DNA of 60,974 nucleotides, counting the filler, from Catajapyx aquilonaris (lineage: Eukaryota), in the NCBI GenBank assembly GCA_000934665.2. It is 4 parts of 4 records of this genome, joined end to end, with 100 filler letters (N's around TTAATTAATTAA, not from the genome) between each part and the next. Parts side by side here need not be neighbours in the genome. Positions count along the whole stretch, not along the records: positions 1 to 15,187 come from JYFJ02007580.1; 3 more parts are not named here. One strand, given 5' to 3'. Position numbers and translations under genes: made by a program. Numbering within the stretch: the stretch's first letter is position 1; each line of letters begins with the position of its first letter. A model generated the notes under the pieces. That model worked only from the letters and a program-made list of their open reading frames with translations, searched no databases and was not told the DNA's origin. This document shows, in pieces, positions 1 through 12,602 of the stretch.

Positions 1-380
1 CATGCATATTTCAAAAATTATTTTCTCAAAAAAGCCATTTTTAATTTTTAATTTTAATTTTTAATTTTACAAGGACGGACCTGTTATAAAATTAACTGGT
101 GTCAAAACCCGGTATATATTTTTTATACGTGAGATATAAATTTTTGTAAAGTCACAACTTTTGTAATTGTGCTACAATATGCACACTTAAAATAAATATT
201 TTCTCGAAGAAGGCATTTTGAATATTTAATCGCTATTTTTATATAACAAAGTAGCATGAGTTCGATTAGGAAATTATATCAAAATTCGGTATATATTTGT
301 ATTCAGTGAGATACGAATTTTTCTCACAGGGGTGATTTTTGTTTCTATGCAACAACATGCACATTTCAAAAATTCATATA

Positions 381-765
381 CAGGGTGGTCCAACTTTTTT
401 GTCCGAACAGCTATTGACAAATTCGGCCTAAGCTGCTTACGTTGTAGTGCGTTACCTGGCAACTCCGGCCGGCGGGCCAATTCAAACATCAGCACATGGA
501 GACGAGTGCTAAGTGTTCTTTCCATTGTCGATTCCATATCCATATCCGGCCAAGAGCTTCCAGGGCTCTAATAATACACAATTAACCTGGCCCCAGTGGC
601 AGAGGAGGACCATGAGAACCTGCACATACTCCATACTAAGCACTCTCCATGTGCTGATGTTTGAATTGGCCCGCCGGCCGGGGTTGCCAGGTAACGCACT
701 ACAACATAAGCAGCTTAGGCCGAATTTGTCAATAGCTGTTCGGACAAAAAAGTTGGACCACCCTG
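381..765. mobile_element. Palindromic MITE with CAGGGTG...CACCCTG termini (Tc1/mariner-like)
   Basis: TIRs of >100 bp flanked by TATA on both sides. The opposite arm of the host element (~2780-2810) shows the empty site with a single TATA. Confidence 0.9.
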
Positions 766-1378
766 TATATGGAAAACGCCATTTTAAATATGCAATATTC
801 TTTTATATTTCATAAAGGAAAGACCGGTTCTGTCATAAAATAATATAGAAACCTGGTATAGATTCTTGATGATACAAATTTATGAAAAGTGGTATTTTTG
901 CTTTCGTTTAGTGTCTTTCAACACCCTTGCAGTTACTTCTAAAGTTATAAACTCATAATGAATTATAACAATAGTGAAATTTATTTATATTTCGTCAGTT
1001 GCAACACTCCGTATCCTATCTCATAGACTTGGGTACAGTTGTTCGCATATTAATATGAGTGAACTGATATAGTCTAACTTTTGTTGTGAATTTCATTATA
1101 GTAAGGGAACTTACTTGACAGTACTTAAGTAGCAGTTACTTCCTCTTGTCAGGAGAAGTGTATGTCCGTGTCATTATTGTACAAGTACATCCATTATCCG
1201 CGAACCAATGATGGCAACTTTGAATCCCTTTCGCCGCTGGAATGGCTACCCATTCATCTTTTTTTTGCTTCCGGTATGCTTCCACTTTTCATAAATTTGT
1301 ATCATCAAGAATCTATACCAGGTTTTTATATTATTTTATGACAGAACCGGTCTTTCCTTTATGAAATATAAAAGAAAA

Positions 1379-2769
1379 TCTATAATATTAAAATGCTTGC
1401 GGACTATGTATAAGCCCTCTGATTGGTCCGCCCCCATATTGTTCCCGCCAACGCTTCCTATTGGCCCCCGTTCCGAGCATGCGCAATGGGTGGAAGAACG
1501 CCACAGTCGCTTGCTGGACGCCAACGAGGACACATCATTCTGCTCTCCCGTGAAGACCCCTCCACCCTTCCACCTTCCTCCACCCACGTCTTCACGGTGA
1601 CCTCACAACAGGGGAGGGGGAGAGCAGGGGGGGGGGGGAAGGACCCGCAGGGGANGGGGGGAATGGAACGTGCCGTGTAAACAAACCGAATCGAACATTG
1701 GCCAAGGTCGGGATATGTTGATTATCAGTGGTGCCAATAACTCCATGGACGTTTATTAACAAAGTAAAATAATTTCGGTTTTTTAAAAACGAGGTCCTTA
1801 CTGCTCCCGTCGAGAGAGATGAGAAGACCGTAACTCAATGTCCACTTCCCCTTGCGGCTTGAAAAAAAAAGCAGTGGTACCAAAAGCACCCAACAGGTGG
1901 AGTTGGGGTGCCGTTCCTTTTCCCCACTTCCCCCAACGCCACCTCTTGGATGCTTTCGGTAACACTTGCTTTCTTTTCTCGCCGCAAGGGAAGTGGATAT
2001 TGAGTTACGGTCCTCTCACATCTGGCGGCAGTACTGGCATCCCCAGTGGGAAGAGTTGGTAAGCAGGATTAGCCGCGATATTCAACACTGAACCCGGGGA
2101 TAGGCCGAGAACGTCAAAAGAAAGTGGCGGGAAGAATGAAACCAGTTTTTGATCCTCTAATATTATTTTTAAAATTGTAGTTATTTTTTAATTTATTAAA
2201 ATAATCGCGGCCACCCTCGACCCCCACGGAGACGATGAAGGCTTCGCGACCCCCAGGTTGGGAAACACTGATCTAATACAAACACTACTAAGTTCCATTG
2301 GCTGTTTATGATAAAGGGAAGTCATGAGCAGTTAGGAAAACGTGGTCCGAAAGGGTGCATATAATTATTTAGATACATGATTGTGTGCGAGTGCATGCGA
2401 GTAGAGGCGGCGGTAGAGGTTGTGAATTTCTGTTCATGCAATAATAAATTGGAGTTTTTTTTAAAAAAATTGCAAAGGCACGGGTATGTTGAGGTGGGCA
2501 AATGCATATTTCCCAGCCAATGCAAAGGTGGGATTCCAGATTGGTTGCAGGCCGCAGGGTATAGGGAATCACGGATATGTGAATGCACGGAGGAACGGGT
2601 TGGGGGTGGGGGGTTTGAATATGATTGGCATCATCACTGGTAATAAGTCCGAAGCGATTGAAAATATGGTGGGCACTGTAGGCCGCAGGCCTAGAAAAGA
2701 GCGAGCGAAGCGAGTGGTTTTCTAGGCCAGCGCCCTAGGAAAATGCGAGCGGAGCGAGGGTTTTCCTAG
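1379..2769 (+). mobile_element. Non-autonomous Helitron
   Basis: Starts TCTATAATATTAAAATG and ends with a hairpin plus CTAG. Inserted between A and T with no TSD; the empty site is visible in the other arm of the host foldback (~785-805, rc aaagaata|ttgcat). Confidence 0.85.
1799..2033. repeat. Small palindromic (MITE-like) element inside the Helitron
   Basis: gaccgtaactcaatgtccacttccccttgcggc pairs with gccgcaagggaagtggatattgagttacggtc; outer ends tactgc...gcagta. Confidence 0.7.
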
Positions 2770-3748
2770 TTGCATATTTAAAATGGCGTTTTCCATATAT
2801 GAATTTTTGAAATGTGCATGTTGTTGCATAGAAACAAAAATCACCCCTGTGAGAAAAATTCGTATCTCACTGAATACAAATATATACCGAATTTTGATAT
2901 AATTTCCTAATCGAACTCATGCTACTTTGTTATACAAAAATAGCGATTAAATATTCAAAATGCCTTCTTCGAGAAAATATTTATTTTAAGTGTGCATATT
3001 GTAGCACAATTACAAAAGTTGTGACTTTACAAAAATTCATATCTTGCGTATAAGAAATATATACCGGGTTTTGACACCAGTTAATTTTATAACAGGTCCG
3101 TCCTTGTAAAATTAAAAATTAAAAATAAAAATTAAAAATGGCTTTTTTTAGAAAATAATTTTTGAAATATGCATGTTTTCGCTTGTTGCCATATTTTCAC
3201 CTCGAATATCTCAACTACACGCAGAGCTAACGAAGGTTTTATTTCATGACCTGGAGGGGGTCACCGAGTATATCACAAAATATAATCAGCACAACCGTCA
3301 CATTTACCATAACGGCGTAATAAATTGCGAAATATGTGCATTTTGACCAAAATATGCAAGATTGGTGATTTTTTTGCAGGTGACTGTACCATTAAATGAG
3401 GTAATTTTATGCATTAAATGACAGTCTGTTATTCCAAAAGCATGAGTTTAAAATTTCATATCGGTTCTCTGAACAGTTCCCGAGATATACTGATTGAAAG
3501 CAATGGAAGAAGCGGGAAAAAGTGTGTCTTCGCGTGATTGTTGGTACCCCTTCAAAGAAATATTAATATCTCGATAACAAAATTTAATCTGGTAAAACTG
3601 ATTGCTCCATAAGAGTTCAATTGGATGTGGGTTTCACATATTTTTTTCAAAAAAATCGATGACTATGCCCTGACACCTTTTTTCACTCACTGGCTGATCT
3701 GAAATGGAACCACCCTGGACAAAAATCTGTTTAAAACCTGACCAATAA

Positions 3749-5461
3749 CACTGTTCTGCAAAAAAAAACAAAAAAACACTCTCTTTCGCTTTTTTGAAAT
3801 CTTTTACGTGCTTTTTGTGGATTTTGGGGTGCTGAATCCGAATCCGGCAACACATTTGCTCTATCACGTACAGTTTTTGAGATATATCGTTTTAAAACTT
3901 TGGACGGTTTACTAGGAGTCTTTCCGAATAAAGTGGGCCTAACTGTTGCTAGACCGCCTCGGATCTTGGTGAAAATAATCCCAGATGTACTCAACTAGTC
4001 CTTAATGCTGCCTATAAAGATTCAGCCATATTTCTCAATACTATGATGAGGGGGAAAATCGCAAACATCTGGAAATGGCTGAAAATGAGGCCTTTTTTGG
4101 AGATTTTTTTCGGTTAGGGGAAGTAGTCAAACCCAATTAACATATATATCAAAAGAAAGGGAAATACCAGGAAAATGCGCCTGTGGAATTGGTTTTCCTC
4201 TGAAATGTAAAAATAAACTTTTATAGCATTTCATTGGTTACTTGCTCAGTCACATGCCCAAGAATATATTGTGACCTCAACATGTTCTGCAGCAAAATCC
4301 TCTTTCGGATACACGCAGGTGTACTATCTGTAGATTAACGTGTGCTGAATCCAGATCTGAAGTCAGAATGACTCTATCACGTACAGCTTTTGAGAGAACT
4401 CAAATTTCGGCAGATACGACACTTAAATCAAGAATCGTTGTTTTTCACAGTTGTCGCAGTGTATTTCCAGGACTGCGTAAGGGTTTTCCGTGCAGGACAG
4501 CCCGAACCAATGACATACGTTTTTGTATAAGTGTAAAAGGTACGAGAGGGAGTCGGCCAAGGGCAGTCGATTATGTTGAGGTCACAATATATTCTTGGGC
4601 AGGTGACTGAGCAAGTGACAAATGAAATGCTATAAAATTTTATTTTTACATTTTAGAGGAAACCTAATTCCATAGGCGCATTTTCCTGGTGTTTCCCTTT
4701 ATTTTGATATAGGTATATGTTAATTGGGTTTTGACCACTTCCACTAACCGAAAAAAATCTCCAAAAAAGGCATTATTTTCAGCCATTTCCAGATGTTTGC
4801 GATTTTCCGCCTCATCGTAGTATTGAGCAATATGGCTGAATCTTTATAGGCAGCATTAAGGAATAGTTGAGTACATCTGGGATTATTTTCACCAAGATTC
4901 GAGGCGGTCTAGCAACAGTTAGGCCCACTTGATTCGGAAAGACCGGGGGAGGTGTGGTGGCCGAGATGGTAACGTCTCGGCTTGCTGAGTGAAAGGCCCC
5001 AGGTTCGATCCCCGCCTGGGGAACTTCCTTTCACCTGCGTCGGGAGGGTCTCTGACCTACACCTTGGAGGTGTCTGGCAACCTAACCTCCTGGGCGACTG
5101 CACATGGTCCAAACGTTTAAGACATTGCACTTGCACCAGTGTCCCCTCCCCAAAAATCCCTATCCTTTCCCAATGTCCCTGTTTCCCTGCACGGGAGAAT
5201 GAAGAAAAGTTGTAAAAACACTAGAAAACTGATGGTGGTATGCCACCCCCCTAAAACGCCTTACGGCTGTATCACGGAGAAATCTTTAAAAAATCGGAAA
5301 GACCCCTAGTAAACCGTCCAATGTTTTAAAACGATATATCTCAAAAACTACGTGATAGAGCAAATCTGTTGCGGGATACGGATTCAGCACCCCAAAATCC
5401 ATAAAAAGCTCATAAAAGTTTTCAAAAGAGCGAAATGAAGTTTTTTTTTTGCAGAACAGTG
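3749..5461. mobile_element. Non-autonomous long-TIR element, CMC/Chapaev3-like
   Basis: Termini CACTGTTCTGCAAAAAA / TTTTTTGCAGAACAGTG, imperfect TIRs of ~500 bp, TAA on both flanks. CACTG ends with a 3-bp TWA TSD are typical of Chapaev3. Confidence 0.75.
4945..5293 (+). mobile_element. tRNA-derived SINE with 11-bp TSD
   Basis: A box (tggccgagatgg), B box (ggttcgatccc) and A-rich tail. TSD TCGGAAAGACC at 4934-4944 and 5294-5304; empty site in the left TIR (~3905-3940). Confidence 0.9.
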
Positions 5462-7345
5462 TAATTTTTCTGGCGTCGGAATTTTTTGCTCTCCCCCGAC
5501 AAAAAAAAAACAACCCCGCGAAAAAGAGCGCTTTGCCTTGATTTTCAAATCTTATACCATGACTGGGTATCCTAAACCCCGTCAACATACAGTATTTTAT
5601 TCAAATATAATATTAACATAACGAGAGAGTTTTTAGTTTCTGATATGATTAATGGTCATTAATTTCGCATGTTATTGTAGACAGCCCAGTGAATGGACAG
5701 ATCCTTCATCGGTCAGATGACTGTCGCTGAGAAGGTGGCCTGTGGCCATAAGAAATTAGGGCCGTGAGGTAGTGCTTTTCCATACCTGGATTCCTCAGTT
5801 TTCTCTGCCAGATATAATACTTATCCCGTCTGGGAAGCACCCGACACAGCTTCAATAGCATATTAGGAAATTTTTTGACCATTACATGGCTACATTGAAA
5901 AGAAAGCAGCTTATCTTCTGATCCTCCACCCCTCTTCCCCTGTTCCAAAATACTCGTAAGAAAACGTGCAGTCAAGGGTGTATTCTTGCGTTCATACAAC
6001 CGGCTCTCAGTGGTACGATGTAATCATAATAACGAATTGTTCATTAATTTATTATTGACAGCTAAAGGCCACACTCACAGACAATAGAGTAGCTGACCAA
6101 GAAAACGGTTTTGTTGCTGCGACTCTTGGGGTACGCGCCTGATTGCAACATCCAAAATGGTTTTCTTAGCAGGTACTGTACAGCGGAAGAGATAGAAGCG
6201 TGGAGGGAAAAAAAACTGTTGGTGGGGGGTGGGGGGGATGAGTCAAGCAAAAGGAGGTTCAATTGTTGTAGACGAAATGGACTCGTGCTGTTCCACAGCC
6301 AAGCTGAGTTGAGTGCGCAGCGAAAAAGGAGTTGAGAGTGGAGGCGCAGACCAGTTAGAAGCAAACTTCCCAAGTTCTATGTAGGTATTTCCTTCCAATG
6401 TGCGATACCGCTACGGTACTGAACCTAGACCATACCTGTTATTGACTTTTTTGTAATGTAAACGCAGTGGAAACTATATAGGAGGCATTCATTTCCACGT
6501 CAAGCGGGCCACCTTTCCGACAAATCTTCGAGGACTTTGACCAAATTGTAATGACATGTACTACTCATCGACCTATGCCGGAAGCCAAAATATTATACCT
6601 CTGCGTTGCGTGGTTGCGTAACTACAGGGTGCGGAATCTACCAATTTATGCGGATTTTTGCTTAGCATGCAGTCACTTGGATTACCATAACTCCCAGAGG
6701 ATAAGTGCAAATGCTAAACTTGATGTATGCGTTGGATACGTATTTTAACGCTCTATAAGATGGCCATACCGATGATTAAGAGAATCAAAAATTTAAAGTC
6801 AAAAATTGGCGCTCCAATTTTGATTTTGATTTTTCTCAAACTTGGACATTTTTGATTTTTTTTGAATGACTCTTAAAATGAAGCTGGAAATGTCTGGCCG
6901 ATATTTCCGAAAACTCCTCTTGACCGAAATTGGTCTCTCACGAGCGATAAGCCAAAACTCAAACCGTGTGCATGCACGTGGACCATCCAAGCGAAGATCT
7001 ATCGTTTGTACTGATCTGAAATAAATCATAAGTGACCAACAAAGAGCAATACACTAGTACTGCATTGGACAGATCAAATCATGTCAGTGTTTGGTGTCAA
7101 ATTATACTCCCAGCCCCTGCAATTGCAGGCCGGCCGCAACATTTGCACCTGCCCGCAAACGGTGTTCGCTTTAGCTCGCGCTGCAACTTTGCAGACCGGA
7201 CGCAGGTATCTTGTTTACTGCAAGTACTTGCGGACGGGCGTTCATTTTGCTGCCCTTAGGGCAGCAAAATAGTCAAAGTCGACTAAAAATAGGGTCCAAG
7301 ATTTTGATGCTGGATCACTCTGGCCTGCGGCGATTCATGAGAATA

Positions 7346-7908
7346 CAGTAAAACTTCTACAAGTCGAATCTCCATGGGACCGAGAAAAAAGTTAGAGTTA
7401 TAGAAGATTCGAGTTAGAGAAGTTTGGCATTTTTAAAGCACAGAACTCTATAAGGAAGCCTACCTTTATATCCAGCGACGAAAGGTGTTCAATACTTAAA
7501 AATTACTGTCACTATCACACTTACAATGTTCTTCATTGTTTTGTTGTAAAAAAAAACTCTGTTATGTACATTTGCCTACTCTTATAGATTCAAGGGTTCA
7601 ATAATAATTGTCACAATCTAGTCAAACACTTCTTTCGGTACGTCTGGTAGACGGAGATCAGGAATTTGAGCCTTTCTGTGCATGTGGCCTACTCTCGACC
7701 CTTCGGTTGGGAAATGAGAACATTTTCCGTACTCGCCAACATGAACTTGGACTTAGGGAGACTGAAAATGCATTGATATCCCATAGTATAAGGCCCTGCC
7801 TGCACTTCGAGTTATGGAGAACTTCGAGTTAGGGAAGTTTATGTCATATTATTTTACATTGTGACCAACCAAGCTCATCATTTTCTTCGACTTAGGGAAG
7901 TTTTACTG
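7346..7908. mobile_element. pogo/Tigger-like MITE
   Basis: CAGTAAAAC...GTTTTACTG termini with TA flanks; inverted second copy at 9483-10069. Confidence 0.8.
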
Positions 7909-9482
7909 TATATTGTTGTCTAAGTTCCAGGGCTAGACGGCAATGTGACATGCATGTTTCTGTGTAGCTATTTAAAAGTCTAATATAATTTTTGAAAATA
8001 AGGCTGTATTATTGTTATTGCAGTAGCCTACAGAATCGGTATTATATCGCATTAGAAACTAATTCATTTAAAACATTACAAAATTTGAGTCCCTACTGTT
8101 ATATCATCGATTGGAATAGATTCAGTTAAGGCAGCATCAGAGCAGGAAATACCTGAACAATTTGAGAGAGACTCCGAATAATTCGTGTTTCGCATGAAGA
8201 GTGCATAAAAAGTAATGAAATGGACATCGTGACAAGTTAGATCAGTTTTTAATTTGTCGGAGTATTAACAAGTTCGTATTGTAGGTTGTGAGAAGCTAGT
8301 GTTATTCCCGTAGCCAAACCGATCTAACCAGCCGAACGCCTTTGCCTTTGAGTGATAGCGAGTGAAACGTACATTGGCAGCTATGATTCTTGTGGGTGTT
8401 GTGATTACCTAAGCAAGGGTTCTTATCATTTTTCATATATCTGTTGGTCCCTGCAGCTAACGTAATGGTCTCCACCTTCCTAGGCTGCTGCCCACTCGTC
8501 ATCATCATGCAGCCGGCTCCTTATCGGCGTTATCTCGCTCTCTCGGGGCACTCAAAGCATCTTGAAACTCCACAGATTTTCTCTCTTGCGCCTTACTTCT
8601 TAACTGAGCACTCACACAGTCATGCATGGGTCTACCATACCTGTCAAGAAGGCAATATCGTCCACTTCTTGGTCATTCACGTTATTACAGCCTCTCTTTC
8701 GCACCATATTTCACAGTGTCAGTCTGGGTGACTTGATGATTGGATAGATGTAGGTGTGTGTGAGGGGGGNGGGGGGGTTGCTGGTGAAGCTCGTCAACAG
8801 TCCCAACAGTCCAGCTGGAGGTTACAGCTTCACGTCGGAACTCCACGAGAGTTCTTTCAGAGTATCACACGGTAGTGCTGGAAGTATCGTATCGGAATAT
8901 CGATAAATCGATATGCTTGGAAACCTATGTCAGATATATCGCTAATTTTTTGTATCGATATATCGACGATACGATACTGGAAATTTCCGATATTTTCATC
9001 AAGTTGGCGGAATTACAAAATCTGTCAGATCTGGGTTTATAGTGGTAAAGTGTAAAATAGCCTTCCAGTGGCTCTCATAGATGGTGTGTACTGTACCTGT
9101 GTGACAGGCGAAGGAGGAGACAGGGTGGGCGAGGTAGGTATCAGGAAATGCGGCTGCATGCAGGACCATCGCATGAACCTTTCCTTGCCAATATACCAGT
9201 ATACTCTCTGTCTGTGCTCTCCCCCTTTTTTCGTACCACTGCGATAAAAATTCTGGAAAGTTACAATGTACTCATCCTTCTGATTGACATGCAAGTTATT
9301 TCATATTGGAGAAATAAAAACGACTTCACGAAAACTTCGATTTCATCCTATTTTCCCTCTCCACGTAGCTACCCTAGACCATTCCTAGGTTTCCGACTAC
9401 AGCTCCCCAAAGATACGCACTATTTTCATTAGCTAAACATTCACCTTTAAAATATAGGCTAGTTCTCACTGATTCGTTTATG

Positions 9483-10069
9483 CAGTAAAACTTCTATACG
9501 TCGAACTTCCCTAAGTGGAAGTTCTCTATAAGTCGAATAAAATGATGAGCTTGGTTGGTCACAATGTAAAATAATAAGAAATAAACTTCCCTAACTCGAA
9601 TTTCTATAACTCGAAGTGCAGGCAGGGCCTTACGATGGGATGTCAATGCATTTTCACTTTTTCAGTCTCCCTAAGTCCAAGTTCATGTTGGCGAGTACGG
9701 AAAATTTTCTCATTTCCCAGCCGAAGGGTCGAGAGGAGGCCACATGCACAGAAAGGCTCAATATTTCCTGATCTCCGTCTACCAGACATACCGAAAGAAG
9801 TGTTTTACTCGATTGTGACAATTGAATCCTTGAATCTAAGAGTAGGCAAATGTCCATAACGGAGTTTCTTTTACACCAAAACAACGAGGAACATTGTGTG
9901 ACAGTGACAGTTATTTTTAAGTTTTGAACACCTTTCGTCGCTGGATATAAGGGTAGGCTTCCTTATGTACTTATGTGCTTTAAAAAATCCAAACTTCTCT
10001 AACTCGAATCTTCTATAACTCGAAGTTTTTTCCGGTGCCATGGAGATTCGACTTATAGAGGTTTTACTG
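9483..10069. mobile_element. pogo/Tigger-like MITE (inverted copy of 7346-7908)
   Basis: CAGTAAAAC...GTTTTACTG termini; internal sequence is reverse-complementary to 7346-7908. Confidence 0.8.
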
Positions 10070-10344
10070 TAATTTCAGAAATCTTAGGTCCAGTTAAACC
10101 TATAGGCCTTAACATTATTATGTTCAAGTTGTTGGTGTTGGTTCATGGGGATGAACAGGTAGGCCTATGTAAGTAGCACCTTTACTAATATGGATATTCT
10201 GCAGCTTTACCAATAATTTATTTTATAGCATGAAACTGTAAATCTTTGTGAAACATTTTAACCACCGTGTCAGTTTCCAATGTACATTCAGGCTGCAACC
10301 GGTTTAGTTCAAAATAAAATTATATTGGCTATCATACGCTATTG

Positions 10345-10595
10345 CAGTGGTTTCCAACCTGTGGGGTCGCGACCCCCCCAGGGGGCTCGCGGGCAGGGTC
10401 GCGCGGGGTCGCGAGCCTTTGTTCAACTTTTTTTTGTGCAATTTCTGTGTAAATTGAACCATTTTTGCGGCCGTACAGAGTGTATGTTTTCTGGAAATGG
10501 GTCCGTTGTAGAAGGGGCCGGGGGGGGGGGGGNGGTCGCACATTTACGGAAACATGTTTAGGGGGTCGCAGTTTGTAAAAGGTTGGAAACCACTG
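10345..10595. mobile_element. hAT (Charlie/Buster-like) MITE
   Basis: CAGTGGTTTCCAACC...GGTTGGAAACCACTG TIRs; perfect 8-bp TSD CGCTATTG (10337-10344 / 10596-10603). Confidence 0.92.
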
Positions 10596-11140
10596 CGCTA
10601 TTGTGTAAATTGAAATGGAAGTGAATTTTTTGGCTCAAATATCGATATTAATATCGATACGTGAGCCAAATATCGATACAGTACGTATCGGATTTTTTGT
10701 ATCGATATATCAAAGTATCGATAAAAGTCTGGAAACTTCCACCTCTATCAAAAGGCCACACTGCTTGCGATCGATAGCATCCTTGCTCACTCCCTGCATC
10801 CATCTGGCGACTGTCTACTGAAATATTCTACACTTGTGAACTCTTGTTGCCAGGGCACGTGCCAGAGCATAATTATTAGTTTATTTCTTGATTCATGAGT
10901 ATTTTTTCCTAATAATGTCTAAAGTGCCTGCAGTTAAATGAACCAGTAATAATAACAACAGTAAGTTATTGATCGATGTTTATTTGGGAGGAAGTCCAGT
11001 CAGTTATTATATCAGCGGACTAATAGCTACAACCTGTCCGTACACACAATACACACTGAACCCCTTCGTGCCCCGAAGTGTGATGGATAGCTGAGTTTTC
11101 TCCACGTCAATCTTCCACATGTTGGCTCTGTATACCAGCA

Positions 11141-12575
11141 AGATGTGACGCATTCCTTATGGGAAATGGCATTCGGTTAAATTCTCCCAATTTTTTTTAT
11201 ATGGTGTAGAAAAGATGGTGATCAATTCTTAACATTGCGCAAAGACCTGAAAATCATCAGGTCACCCGCTACATCGGATCAAAGGGCAGCCTACCGTTCC
11301 CTCATAAGGTCCACCAAACGTGGTACCAATGGAATGGTCGTAATAATTAGCTAGTTCTGAAAAACCCCACATGTTGACCCCTGTGACCTACAGGTCACGC
11401 GCTACTTCGGGTCAGAGATACAAAATATCGGTCCCTCAATTGGTCCATCTACTGTACAGTCCAGGACAAAATAGCATATCATAAATGTAAACAACGGCTT
11501 TGGAGTTACCTAGGTCAACCGGGCGTGTTCGGACATCGGCGTATGGAGAGTGCTTAGCGTTCTTTCAATTGTTGTCACTGTTTAGAGGTAGCGATTGATG
11601 CTGGGCGACATAGCGACGGGTCTAATGCATGGCATCGGCATGGAGCATATACTACATAAGAGGCGCAAACTTCTGTCGGCGCCTTTGACGTTCGCGTCTC
11701 TCTGTTTATAGGGCGTTTCCAAGGCTGGCGGCCATCTTGAAGTGTGTGGTGCGCCAACGAGGTATGACTAGGGTACAGGCAAAAATAGGGTCCGCCATCT
11801 TTGATGATTTTGGCGGCCATGGCAACTACACTCCAAGAACACGCGCGAATTTGAATTCGATACTGGAATGGGTAAGTAAATTGTTATTGCCGTGTATTGC
11901 CATGGCAGCCAAAACCATCAAAGATGGCGGACCCCCGCGGACCTTGACGGCCTGCCTGTACCCTATTTATATCTCGTTGGCGCACCACACACTTCAAGAT
12001 GGCCGCCAGCCTTGGCAACGCCCTATAAACGGAGAGACGTAAAAATCGAATGTTTGCGCCTCTTATGTAGTATATGCTCCCTGGCATCGGAATAAGCGAG
12101 CTGCGACCTATAGGTCGCCCAGCATCAATCGCTACCTGTAAACAGTGGCAACAATAGAAAGAACGCTAAGCACTCTCCATATGCCGATGTCCGAGCACGC
12201 CCAGTTGCCAGGTACGCCAAAGCAATTGTTTGCATTTATGATAAGCTATTTTGTCCTGGACTGTACAGTAGATGGGCCAATTGAGGGACCGATATTTTGT
12301 ATCTTTGACCCGAAGTAGCACGTGACCTGTAGGCCACAGGGGTCAACATGTGGGGTTTTTCAGAACCAGCTAATCACGCCTGTTTTATTGGTACCACATT
12401 TGGTGGACCTTATGATGGAACGGTAAGCTGCCCTTTGACCCGATGTAGCGGGTGACCTGATGATTTTCAGGTCTTGGCGCAATGTTAAGAATTGATTACC
12501 CTGGTATTTTCTACAACATATAAAAATGGGAGAATTTAACCGAAAGCCATTTCCCATAAGGATGGGGCCATATCT
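11141..12575. mobile_element. Near-complete palindromic foldback element (~1.4 kb)
   Basis: 11141-~11830 is an imperfect reverse complement of ~11895-12575. Boundaries approximate; no TSD resolved. Confidence 0.75.
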
Positions 12576-12602
12576 GGCGGCAAAAGGGTCTGGAAGTATA
12601 GC

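Larger units (their letters stand above)
1..3630. mobile_element. Long foldback (long-TIR) DNA element, left end outside the window, with nested insertions
   Basis: 1-380 plus 766-892 are the reverse complement of 1281-1378 plus 2770-3175. 2870-3630 is also the reverse complement of ~26110-26880, so it is the same family as the 25658-27547 element. Right boundary approximate. Confidence 0.8.
8873..10747. mobile_element. Non-autonomous hAT-like element with ATCGAT-rich subterminal regions
   Basis: Termini TAGTGCTGGAAGT / ACTTCCACCTCTA; degenerate 8-bp TSD tcacacgg / tcaaaagg; clustered TATCGATA at both ends; contains two nested MITEs. Confidence 0.65.

Noticed and set aside
4945..5020. tRNA-like sequences (also at 15383, 29802, 55430, 55574, 59520)
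   Set aside because: A and B boxes are present, but they continue into repeated bodies with tails or TSDs and lack clean acceptor stems; these are SINE heads, not tRNA genes.
5670..8300. Exon-like patches with plausible splice sites (5680-6010, 6062-6380, 8120-8280)
   Set aside because: Stops in the frames I tried and no recognisable protein; I could not build a gene.
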